63,359 nt of DNA from a virus (taxonomy: Duplodnaviria > Caudoviricetes). The stretch covers positions 1-63,359 of IMG/VR virus record IMGVR_UViG_3300023179_000108, one strand, 5' to 3'. The position numbers and the translations under genes are program-made. This document shows, in pieces, positions 1 through 7,786 of this stretch. The first letter of the stretch is position 1; each line of letters begins with the position of its first letter. Below the pieces are notes generated by a model. The model made no database searches. It was not told where the DNA came from and worked only from the letters and a program-made list of their open reading frames with translations.

Positions 1-1
1 A

Positions 2-559
2 ATGAGATTTACACGCTCTGTAAGAGCAGCATCGAAATATTTAGGAGCTAGCTATCAACATGTTAAACCCTACTTTAAATTATTTAGAGTAGACGAATCT
101 GATCCTAACTCTCCTACTTTATTTGAAGTACATAAGAATCAAAGTGGAAAAGGAATACCTAAATTCTTACCTAATAAAAGAAAAGAACCAAATGTTAAAT
201 TAATATTTGAAACAGGTACTGGTTGGGAATCATTTACTCCTGAAAAAATAAAAGCAAGAGGTGTAGCTGAGGGATATTTGAAAGAGGAATGTTATCATTG
301 TGGATTCTGTGAACGTAGAGTAACAGATTATAAAATACCGTTATTATTAAACTTTAAAGATGGAAACAAAAACAATTATCTTATTGATAATCTCGAGTTA
401 TTATGTTATAATGACTATTTTCTTCTTATTGCCGATCCGCTTACCCCTGACCAAGTACGTCATATTGAAGACAATACTGAAGTTAAAGCGGTGGCTCACG
501 AATGGGATTTGGATGAGGCGCATTTAGAAAATATGAAAGCATTAGGACTTTTGGATTAG
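2..559 (+). CDS. HNH-like zinc-binding protein, probably catalytically degenerate (may be 5'-truncated by the window edge)
   Basis: CYHCG...LLLNFKDGNKNNYLIDNLELLCYND parallels the HNH motif of 1270..1710, but F replaces the first His. Confidence 0.55.
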   Translation: MRFTRSVRAASKYLGASYQHVKPYFKLFRVDESDPNSPTLFEVHKNQSGKGIPKFLPNKRKEPNVKLIFETGTGWESFTPEKIKARGVAEGYLKEECYHCGFCERRVTDYKIPLLLNFKDGNKNNYLIDNLELLCYNDYFLLIADPLTPDQVRHIEDNTEVKAVAHEWDLDEAHLENMKALGLLD

Positions 560-597
560 GCAAAATACTTTATTAAATTTAGTTATAATTAAAAAAT

Positions 598-888
598 ATG
601 CGTTACGAACTAGCACAACAATTTGCTGAATTTGAATTACCTAATGATGTAAAACAAGCATGGAAAGCAGGAATACCATTAATTGGTTCACTTAGATTTA
701 CTAAAATGATGTTGTTCGCAAATAAAGTTGAATTAACTAATGATGATATTGATTATTTTATGGCTATGAAGCCTAAACAAAATGAAGATGAAACTCCTGA
801 ATCATTTAGAATTCGCTCTAAATTTGCAAAAGCACTTCTAAAATATAGAGCTCATCTTTATGATTATTCCGTTTATTATCAACAATAA
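598..888 (+). CDS. hypothetical protein
   Basis: ORF directly after a promoter motif and A-rich leader. Confidence 0.75.
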   Translation: MRYELAQQFAEFELPNDVKQAWKAGIPLIGSLRFTKMMLFANKVELTNDDIDYFMAMKPKQNEDETPESFRIRSKFAKALLKYRAHLYDYSVYYQQ

Positions 889-900
889 AATTAATGTTAT

Positions 901-1101
901 ATGAAATATTTTCAAGTTAAAGTTGAATTTACAATAGAAGAAAATAATAAAATTAAAAAACAAAAAGTAAATTACCTTGTAGATTCAATGACTGTGACTG
1001 AAGCGGAACAGAGAATGGTTAAATATCTCCAAGAACAAGGAGAAAATGAATTTCAAATTAAATCAGCAGTTGAATCTTCTATTTCAGCTGTAATTAGTTA
1101 A
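901..1101 (+). CDS. DUF4494-family protein
   Basis: YFQVKV...KKQKVNYLVDSMTVTEAEQR resembles the Bacteroidota DUF4494 N-terminal pattern. Confidence 0.7.
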   Translation: MKYFQVKVEFTIEENNKIKKQKVNYLVDSMTVTEAEQRMVKYLQEQGENEFQIKSAVESSISAVIS

Positions 1102-1115
1102 AATAAAACTAAGAC

Positions 1116-1191
1116 CGAGTAGTTCGGGAGTCCGGTACCCGGCTTGGTTTGGGACCAAGACAATTCGCAAGTTCGAATCTTGCCTACTCGA
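1116..1191 (+). tRNA. tRNA-Pro(TGG)
   Basis: Acceptor CGAGTAG/CTACTCG, anticodon arm CTTGG-TTTGGGA-CCAAG, T-arm GCAAG-TTCGAAT-CTTGC; CCA not encoded. Confidence 0.93.
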
Positions 1192-1269
1192 CATAGAAAT
1201 ATTTCTTTAAAAATTTAAGTTATTAGTCTTTAAGACGTTTGTGAATATTTATTAATATAAATTAATAAT

Positions 1270-1710
1270 ATGAAACGAACAAATATTAAAGACAATATGA
1301 GTAAAATTTTAAATGGAGAAATGAAGATAACTTTTGTTCCTGCATTTAGAAATAGAATTAAAAAAGATAAATTATTAGGTGATCCAAAGTGTGGAGAGTG
1401 TGGAATTGGAGAAGAATGGAGAGGTAAAAAGTTATCTTTAGAATTAGATCATATTGATGGAGATAAACATAATAATAAAAAAGATAATTTAAGATATCTT
1501 TGTCCTAATTGTCATTCTCAAACCCATACTTTTAGAATAAAAAATTATAATAAACCTAAAAATAAAAGACAATGGGTAGATGAGTCTAAACTTATAGAGT
1601 CTATACAACTAGGAGGATCAATAGCTGATATTTTAAGACGAGCTGGGCTTAAGCCGGTTGGTGATAATTATAATAGAATTCATCGTCTTAAAATAAAATA
1701 TGAACTATAA
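1270..1710 (+). CDS. HNH homing endonuclease between tRNA genes
   Basis: CGECG...LELDHIDGDKHNN...NLRYLCPNCHSQT. Confidence 0.9.
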   Translation: MKRTNIKDNMSKILNGEMKITFVPAFRNRIKKDKLLGDPKCGECGIGEEWRGKKLSLELDHIDGDKHNNKKDNLRYLCPNCHSQTHTFRIKNYNKPKNKRQWVDESKLIESIQLGGSIADILRRAGLKPVGDNYNRIHRLKIKYEL

Positions 1711-1711
1711 T

Positions 1712-1799
1712 GGAGGCTTGGCAGAGAGGTTGATTGCACCGCTCTTGAAAAGCGGCATACGTGATAAGCGTATCTGGGGTTCGAATCCCTAAGCCTCCG
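1712..1799 (+). tRNA. tRNA-Ser(TGA)
   Basis: GGAGGCT/AGCCTCC acceptor, G73, CCGCT-CTTGAAA-AGCGG anticodon arm, long variable arm. Confidence 0.95.
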
Positions 1800-1800
1800 C

Positions 1801-2643
1801 TTAAGATAGTAATTTATAATATTCTTTGAAATGCTTCAATCGATCAGGTAAACCAATTGTACCTCCGTTAACACATTTAGTTACATTTACAACAGTAGTA
1901 TCACTAGCGTCAACACATCTACCTAAACAGTTTTTACTAAAAAACCAAGCAGCAGATAATAATGGATACTTAGTTGCTACTAAATCAGGTTCAGCTACAA
2001 CGTCAACACCAATAGAATCACTAAACGCTTTATAATTGTTTTTACCTGTTAATTGAATATAACCACGTCCACGATACTTCCACCCCTCACCCGAGGATTC
2101 AGGACCATTACCCATTCTACCACCATAAACACGGCTAGCTATTTTTTGAGGATTGCGAGCATAAGAATCAGGAGATACATCTCTAAAATATTTGGGAAAT
2201 ATTTTTCTTAAACCATCAGCTGAGTAGTTTAAATTTTCACTTACTAGTCTGAATCCTCCTGATTCGTGACCACATTGAGCTAAGAAATGAGCTAATTTAA
2301 CAGGATTATTAATTCCAAACTTTGAAGCAACTTCAGGTATTTGAGATATAACAGTATCAGGTATATGTCCTTTTAATCGCTCAATGTTTAATCCTGAAAT
2401 AGCAGGTATGGTAGAAGAAGATGATGGAGTTGATGGAGCTGAAGTTGGTTGGAGATTAACTATTATTAATTTATTCCAAACTAAATCACCAACTACACCA
2501 TCAACAACAATATTATTATTTATTTGAAATCTTTTAACTGCTTCTTCAGTATTTTTTCCAAAAATACCATCTGCGGTTAAACCTAATTTCTGTTGAATTT
2601 TTTTAACATCGTCACTTTTGGACCCAACTTTAAGTAATGGCAT
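1801..2643 (-). CDS. Endolysin: N-terminal peptidoglycan-binding domain plus GH19 (chitinase/lysozyme-like) domain
   Basis: DGIFGKNTEEAVKRFQ...DGVVG (PG_binding_1); AHFLAQCGHESGGF, YRGRGYIQLTGKNNY, VNGGTIGL (GH19). Confidence 0.92.
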   Translation of the reverse strand: MPLLKVGSKSDDVKKIQQKLGLTADGIFGKNTEEAVKRFQINNNIVVDGVVGDLVWNKLIIVNLQPTSAPSTPSSSSTIPAISGLNIERLKGHIPDTVISQIPEVASKFGINNPVKLAHFLAQCGHESGGFRLVSENLNYSADGLRKIFPKYFRDVSPDSYARNPQKIASRVYGGRMGNGPESSGEGWKYRGRGYIQLTGKNNYKAFSDSIGVDVVAEPDLVATKYPLLSAAWFFSKNCLGRCVDASDTTVVNVTKCVNGGTIGLPDRLKHFKEYYKLLS

Positions 2644-2714
2644 AAATACATTTATTTATAAATATTAGAGTAGGCAAAATAGATTTTATAAATTTAATCA
2701 ATTAAAATAATTAA

Positions 2715-2789
2715 GGACTCATAGCTCAGTTGGTTAGAAGCAACGGTCTCATAAACCGTAGGTCCCAGGTTCAAGTCCTGGTGGGTCCA
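2715..2789 (+). tRNA. tRNA with CAT anticodon (elongator Met or lysidine-modified Ile2)
   Basis: GGACTCA/TGGGTCC acceptor (G1-C72, so not an initiator), ACGGT-CTCATAA-ACCGT anticodon arm. Confidence 0.9.
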
Positions 2790-2792
2790 CAC

Positions 2793-2864
2793 GGCCGGTT
2801 AGTTTAACAGGAAAAATACATCACTTGTAATGATGAGTTAACGGTTCGGTTCCGTTACTGGCCT
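2793..2864 (+). tRNA. tRNA-Thr(TGT) with atypical acceptor stem
   Basis: GGCCGGT/ACTGGCC acceptor, CATCA-CTTGTAA-TGATG anticodon arm, AACGG-TTCGGTT-CCGTT T-arm. Confidence 0.82.
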
Positions 2865-2872
2865 CAAACAAT

Positions 2873-2944
2873 GGTCCTATAGTTAAATGGATATAACAAA
2901 GACCTTCTAAGTCTTTTTTGGAGGTTCGATTCCTCCTAGGACTA
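2873..2944 (+). tRNA. tRNA-Arg(TCT)
   Basis: GGTCCTA/TAGGACT acceptor, AAGAC-CTTCTAA-GTCTT anticodon arm, GGAGG-TTCGATT-CCTCC T-arm. Confidence 0.92.
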
Positions 2945-2960
2945 CTAATATTCATACTTA

Positions 2961-3422
2961 ATGGAAAGAAAATTTAAAACTTTAAATAGTAATCAACAAA
3001 TAGATATAATAAATTATATTAGTGAATATTTATTGACGCACTCAAATGTTGAGATATTAATTGGGTGCGATTCACAAAATCAAAATCTAATATCTACAAC
3101 TTATGCAATTGTAGTTGGATTATACAAACCCGGTAAAGGTGCTCATGTACTATACTCTAAATGGAGCACCAATTTCGAAAAAGAAAGTACCGTTCGTCTA
3201 CTAAATGAAGTTTGGTATTCGGTTGAAGTAGCAGAATATATTAAAAATAAACTTAATATAAAAGCTACTTGGATAGATATTGATTTAAATCCTGATCCAA
3301 AATATAAATCAAATCAAGTACTAGCCAGTGCTGTAAGTATAGTAACAGGAATGGGATATAAAGTAAGACATAAAGGAAATAACCCAGTAATGGTATATGC
3401 TGCAGATCATATTGTAAAATAA
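2961..3422 (+). CDS. RNase H-like YkuK (DUF458) family protein
   Basis: ILIGCDSQ...RLLNEVWYS...IDIDLN...YAADHIVK pattern. Confidence 0.8.
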   Translation: MERKFKTLNSNQQIDIINYISEYLLTHSNVEILIGCDSQNQNLISTTYAIVVGLYKPGKGAHVLYSKWSTNFEKESTVRLLNEVWYSVEVAEYIKNKLNIKATWIDIDLNPDPKYKSNQVLASAVSIVTGMGYKVRHKGNNPVMVYAADHIVK

Positions 3423-3470
3423 ATTATGGCAAAATTTTTTTATTATATTTATAAAACAAAATTAAATAAT

Positions 3471-3950
3471 ATGAAAAAAATATTTTTAATTTTCACTCTA
3501 CTATTATCTTTTACTCTAAACTCTTATTCAGTTAATCCACAACATGGAAAAGATTTTGAAGAAATAAGTAAAGAGAATTTATGGAAAGTAATTAATGAAA
3601 TGGATATTCAACATCCTAAAATTGTATTTGCTCAAGCCTTACTTGAAACAGGAAATTTTACAAGTTATATTTTTAAAACAAACAATAACTTATTTGGTAT
3701 GAAAATGCCAGGAAAACGCCCAACTGTAGCTAAAAAACCAAGTAAAAAAGGAAGTTATGCCAGATATAATAGCTGGACTGAATCAGTAGAAGATTATAAG
3801 TTATTTCAAGACTATGTTTTTGAAAGAAAAGGAGAACTTGGAGAGACAAAATATTTTAATTATCTTGACAGAATGTATTGTGAAAGTACAGGCTATAGTC
3901 AAAAACTTAAAAAGATAATAGAAAAAAATAAACGAATATTTAATAGTTAA
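3471..3950 (+). CDS. GH73 glucosaminidase-domain protein with signal peptide
   Basis: AQALLETGNF, NNLFGMK, YARYNSWTESVEDY. Start moved to MKKIFLIFTLLLS because the ORF-track extension from 3426 is the promoter motif. Confidence 0.85.
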   Translation: MKKIFLIFTLLLSFTLNSYSVNPQHGKDFEEISKENLWKVINEMDIQHPKIVFAQALLETGNFTSYIFKTNNNLFGMKMPGKRPTVAKKPSKKGSYARYNSWTESVEDYKLFQDYVFERKGELGETKYFNYLDRMYCESTGYSQKLKKIIEKNKRIFNS

Positions 3951-3957
3951 TTTAAAC

Positions 3958-4113
3958 TGTCAGATGGTGAAAAGCGTTACGCATGGCAGACACACCCACC
4001 CGTCTAGTGGGCGCAGATAACGAGATAGATAAGTAATATAGGTTGACCACAAAGCCGGCTTATTTTGTTACTTATTGAATTGCTGCTTAGAGGTTCGAAT
4101 CCTTTTCTGACAG
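3958..4113 (+). ncRNA. tRNA-shelled element (divergent copy) with about 80-nt hairpin insert
   Basis: TGTCAGA/TCTGACA acceptor, GTG...TGGCAGACAC D-arm, AGAGG-TTCGAAT-CCTTT T-arm, CCCAC-CCGTCTA-GTGGG stem (C at position 33), long ATAAGTAA/TTACTTAT hairpin. Confidence 0.7.
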
Positions 4114-4139
4114 CAAGTATTTATATTAAACAATAATTA

Positions 4140-4454
4140 ATGGCCTGTCACTGTTTATCTTTAAAAGATCAAAAAGAATTTTATAGTTTACTTAAAGCCA
4201 GAGATTCAGACTTAATTATAAAAATGGTGAGATGTGTTATTAGTGCTACTAAACGTAATAAACCAAGTATTGATATATTTGATATAACGTTTAAAAATTT
4301 AGATTCATTAGTATTTACTATTGAAAAAAGTCAATATAAAGAATTACTTTCTAATTGTTTAGATGATCTTATAGCAGTTGAAGAATATGAATTATGTGCT
4401 GAAATTAAAAAAATATTAGAAAGTAAAAGTAAAAAGAAAAAAGAAGCTCTTTAA
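4140..4454 (+). CDS. hypothetical protein with C-terminal UVR (UvrB/UvrC)-like motif
   Basis: IAVEEYELCAEIKKIL. Confidence 0.6.
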   Translation: MACHCLSLKDQKEFYSLLKARDSDLIIKMVRCVISATKRNKPSIDIFDITFKNLDSLVFTIEKSQYKELLSNCLDDLIAVEEYELCAEIKKILESKSKKKKEAL

Positions 4455-4459
4455 CATAC

Positions 4460-4827
4460 GGGGATGACTTGGAATTGATTGCTACACGAATGGCAATATT
4501 ACAAGTAGGAAAATGATACTATTCCTTAATATTGTATCAAAAAATAAATGCTGAAGAATTATCTTCCTTTACCTTCGAAGACGCTATGGCTTTCGTTGGT
4601 GCTGATTACGCAGTAGCTGCCTAATCACTCCCGCACACATCGTGGAATTTAAAAAGAATGTGCAACTAGAGTACGGCTCACTAACTCTTTAAATAAAAGT
4701 GAGAAACATAATGATAATGTATGTATAAAACTTATCTATTTGTCTATTATGAATAATATAATAAACTTGTGAGACGTTGATATTATTATTACTTAGCAAG
4801 ACGCCGGTTCGAATCCGGCCATCTCCA
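4460..4827 (+). ncRNA. ssrA: tmRNA
   Basis: 5' GGGGATG pairs with 3' CATCTCC including the G3-U70 alanine determinant; GCCGG-TTCGAAT-CCGGC T-arm; internal tag ORF ending YAVAA-stop. Confidence 0.93.
4550..4624 (+). other. tmRNA tag reading frame AEELSSFTFEDAMAFVGADYAVAA*
   Basis: ATAAAT immediately before the GCT resume codon; hydrophobic AA terminus. Confidence 0.8.
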
Positions 4828-4881
4828 CTTATATTTAACTTTCTTCCCTATTAGTTTTGTTAAGATTTAAAAAACTAACCT

Positions 4882-5508
4882 ATGAAAACACCATTATTTG
4901 TATTATTATTGTTAACGTTAAATGTATCTGCTCAAGATACTATTACTTTACATCATAAAGCATACTCAACCACATTTAGTAAATCAAAACATTATCCAGT
5001 AAAAGTAGAATGGTGGTTAACTAAAGCAATGCTAAACTGTACAGACAAAGTAAAACGTACAGATAAGTTTATACCAGACCCTAAATTACCTAATGAAACT
5101 GACTTACAAGCAGATTACAATAATACAGGTTTTGATCGTGGACATAACTTTAATGCTGCTGATGGTGCTTGTGATCAAATAACAATGGAAGAGTCATTTT
5201 ATTTTAGTAATATGACTGCTCAGTATCCATCATTAAATAGAGGTGATTGGAAAGCACTAGAATCATGGACACGTGAAATAGCATCTAAAGAAGACTCAGT
5301 TCATATTTGGTGTGGATCAATTGGTATTGAAAAAAAAATTGGTACAACTGCTATTCCTAAACAATGTTGGAAAGTGATTTATATTAAAAAAACAAACGAA
5401 TGGTTAGCTTATTTATTTAATAATGATACAAGTAAAGCTGATGGAATAGATAATAATAAAGTAACTATAACCAAAATAGAAAAGTTAACCAATTTTAAAT
5501 TTAAATAA
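4882..5508 (+). CDS. DNA/RNA non-specific endonuclease (NucA family) with signal peptide
   Basis: GFDRGHN, ESFYFSNMTAQYPSLNRGDWKALE; signal-like MKTPLFVLLLLTLNVSA. Confidence 0.9.
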   Translation: MKTPLFVLLLLTLNVSAQDTITLHHKAYSTTFSKSKHYPVKVEWWLTKAMLNCTDKVKRTDKFIPDPKLPNETDLQADYNNTGFDRGHNFNAADGACDQITMEESFYFSNMTAQYPSLNRGDWKALESWTREIASKEDSVHIWCGSIGIEKKIGTTAIPKQCWKVIYIKKTNEWLAYLFNNDTSKADGIDNNKVTITKIEKLTNFKFK

Positions 5509-5567
5509 TATTATTATACAATAATCCAGTAAATACTCATATTTATTAGTGTTCACCGTTAAAACTA

Positions 5568-5855
5568 ATGAGTATGAATCTATTCAAAGATAATAATGAT
5601 ATTAATGAAAAATCAGTTGCTGGTTTTATTTCTCTTTTAGTAATGATTGGATTCGCTATAGCTGATGTAGCTACTGGATATGTGGGTAAAGATTTAGTTG
5701 TGAATGAATTTATATTTAATGCTTTTTTAACGTTAACATTAGGTTCATTAGGTATAGCATCTGTTGATAAATTCATCAATTCTAAAAAATCATCAAACAA
5801 TAATACTTCTAGCAGTAATGAAATAGAAGAGAGAAAAGAAGACGATCTAATATAA
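5568..5855 (+). CDS. two-TM membrane protein (holin candidate)
   Basis: Two hydrophobic segments, charged tail, upstream ATATTTAT. Confidence 0.6.
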   Translation: MSMNLFKDNNDINEKSVAGFISLLVMIGFAIADVATGYVGKDLVVNEFIFNAFLTLTLGSLGIASVDKFINSKKSSNNNTSSSNEIEERKEDDLI

Positions 5856-5878
5856 TCACCTTTAAAAATTAAAAATAA

Positions 5879-6073
5879 ATGAATCCTAAAATTTTAAGCT
5901 TTGTTGGATCTTTACTAGTAATGGCAATTGCTATTGGTATTTTCTTCATGTTGATGGAAAAAGAAATGCCGCAATCTAATAGAGAGTTATTAATTGCTTT
6001 TGTCTCTGTTTTGTTTGGTGCTATGGCTACATCAATCAAGAAAATAACAGGAGATGATGAAAAACCAGGATAA
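5879..6073 (+). CDS. small two-TM membrane protein
   Basis: Two hydrophobic helices. Confidence 0.65.
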   Translation: MNPKILSFVGSLLVMAIAIGIFFMLMEKEMPQSNRELLIAFVSVLFGAMATSIKKITGDDEKPG

Positions 6074-6344
6074 TATTATTATTTTTATGGGTATAGTATT
6101 GTTAGTTGCTTTTATAGGATTTTTATTTTATAATTCCTATAATAGAGATAAACTTAATCTCATTAGAGAAGATATAACTAACGACTCTATTATTTTTAAA
6201 CAAAACTATAATCTCCAATTTAAAGATAGTATTCTTTTGAAAAATAATAATGATTTAAGAAAAACTATTATCTTACACGAAAAAAGAATACGTTCTTTAG
6301 AAAAAGTTAAACACTTTCATTCATTAGATACTTCTAAATTATGA
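6054..6344 (+). CDS. single-TM membrane protein
   Basis: N-terminal hydrophobic helix followed by a coiled-coil-like tail. Confidence 0.6.
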   Translation: MMKNQDNIIIFMGIVLLVAFIGFLFYNSYNRDKLNLIREDITNDSIIFKQNYNLQFKDSILLKNNNDLRKTIILHEKRIRSLEKVKHFHSLDTSKL

Positions 6345-6622
6345 AAGAACAAAATTCATCTTCCCTCTCAGATACTTTCTTTTCAAAACTAAAAGAACAG
6401 TCATTTACTATTATTTTATTAGTAGGTATAATGTATTATCAAAATATAATTTTTACTCAACAAATGAATGAATATAAGAAGATGATTGACCAAAAAGAAA
6501 ATCTTATTTTAAAGCTTACTGAAGAAGAAAGATTACGTCTTATAGAGAGAGAAAAGTACCTTATTCAACAAAGAGATGGTTTTATAGAAGATCTGAAAGA
6601 AATGGCTTTATCTAAAAAATAA
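6341..6622 (+). CDS. single-TM coiled-coil protein
   Basis: FTIILLVGIMYY followed by a charged helix; ATGA overlap with the upstream gene. Confidence 0.65.
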   Translation: MKEQNSSSLSDTFFSKLKEQSFTIILLVGIMYYQNIIFTQQMNEYKKMIDQKENLILKLTEEERLRLIEREKYLIQQRDGFIEDLKEMALSKK

Positions 6623-6677
6623 AAATAGGCAAAATAAAAATTTTATATTTATTTAAACAAAAAAAAAAAACAAGTTT

Positions 6678-6845
6678 ATGAAAAAAACAATGTTTGTTAT
6701 CGCGAGTGCTATGATTATGGTTGCCTGTGGTGGTCAAGAAACTACCAAAACAGAAGTAGTTGATTCTTTGTCTATTGATTCTACATCTATAGCTCCAATA
6801 AGTGACTCAGTAGCATCATTGGACAGTATGCATGTTGTCCTTTAA
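6678..6845 (+). CDS. small lipoprotein (not in ORF track)
   Basis: MKKTMFVIASAMIMVA-CGGQETTKTEVVDSLSIDSTSIAPISDSVASLDSMHVVL*; lipobox; own promoter at 6628 and terminator. Confidence 0.85.
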   Translation: MKKTMFVIASAMIMVACGGQETTKTEVVDSLSIDSTSIAPISDSVASLDSMHVVL

Positions 6846-6851
6846 AAATTT

Positions 6852-6884
6852 AAGGTCCGGTTGAAAAACCGGACCTTTTTTTTT
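6852..6884 (+). terminator. intrinsic terminator
   Basis: AAGGTCCGGTT-GAAA-AACCGGACCTT followed by a T-run. Confidence 0.9.
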
Positions 6885-6895
6885 AATTTTAAATT

Positions 6896-7096
6896 ATGAT
6901 TGAAAATATTATTAAGAAAATTAATAGTAATAATACTGATAGTATTATGCTTGATAATGAAGAGCTTATAGCTCTTATTTTAAAATCTGTAAATGATACA
7001 TTTGCCTATAAAAAAGCAGAATCGGCAAAATTATTTCATTATATTGATACAGAAGATCAAAGTGAAAAAATAGGTGTTCGTATTAAGTTCAATTAA
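6896..7096 (+). CDS. hypothetical protein
   Basis: ORF track. Confidence 0.6.
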   Translation: MIENIIKKINSNNTDSIMLDNEELIALILKSVNDTFAYKKAESAKLFHYIDTEDQSEKIGVRIKFN

Positions 7097-7100
7097 TGTT

Positions 7101-7247
7101 ATGTTAGGTTTCATTATTTTAATAATTTCATTTATTGCCACTATTGCTTGGTTATGGGCGGGAGGAATAGATTACATGAGAGAGAATCATCCTGATTATA
7201 AAGGTGAAGACTTTTTAGATTGGGATAAGGGTAAAAATAAAAAATAA
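7101..7247 (+). CDS. small membrane protein (not in ORF track), paralogue of 10196..10312
   Basis: MLGFIILIISFIATIAWLWAGGIDYMRENHPDYKGEDFLDWDKGKNKK*. Confidence 0.75.
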   Translation: MLGFIILIISFIATIAWLWAGGIDYMRENHPDYKGEDFLDWDKGKNKK

Positions 7248-7251
7248 TGCT

Positions 7252-7533
7252 ATGAACTACAAAAATATGCTCAAATATCTTCAAAGCAAGAAGATATATG
7301 GGAATAAATTAGACGCACCCGAAGTAACGAGAGTACTAAAGATCATCAACAAGAACCACGATGACGAGTACGGAACAGTAAACGAACACTACGTTGTCAC
7401 GTACGAGATCAGAGCCAACATACACAACAACGTTTTCAAAAGACAAACGTGTCTGGTAAATAAAGCATCCTATAAGTCTTGGGAAAAAGAAAAAAAATCT
7501 GTAATATTATTAAATCAAAACGAAAATGAATAA
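7252..7533 (+). CDS. hypothetical protein ending QNENE
   Basis: ORF track; stop overlaps the next start. Confidence 0.7.
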   Translation: MNYKNMLKYLQSKKIYGNKLDAPEVTRVLKIINKNHDDEYGTVNEHYVVTYEIRANIHNNVFKRQTCLVNKASYKSWEKEKKSVILLNQNENE

Positions 7534-7786
7534 CACACCAATCTTCCAAAACACAGAAATCATTCAAAACTACATTGAAAAAAACGGAAGTTTTTATCTA
7601 CATTACCGCCGTGATAAAAAACAATTCGAAGTCTTCACTCGTCCCACCCAACAATTCTATGTAAACTCATTAGAAGAACTAACACCAGATAGGTTTATGT
7701 TAGAAGAGGAAAGACAGAAGCAATATGAGGAAAATTATATAGCATATATGTTTAGATTGTGCCAAAAACAAAATGAAAATGAGTAA
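7526..7786 (+). CDS. hypothetical protein ending QNENE
   Basis: ORF track. Confidence 0.7.
   Translation: MNNTPIFQNTEIIQNYIEKNGSFYLHYRRDKKQFEVFTRPTQQFYVNSLEELTPDRFMLEEERQKQYEENYIAYMFRLCQKQNENE

Noticed and set aside
2900-2915. Possible amber-suppressor tRNA (CTA visible in the loop)
   Set aside because: The 7-nt loop CTTCTAA places TCT at the anticodon position, so it is tRNA-Arg
6659-6670. Poly-A run as a phase-variation switch
   Set aside because: It lies in an A-rich 5' leader typical of this genome, not in a coding or promoter-spacer position; length may be a sequencing artefact
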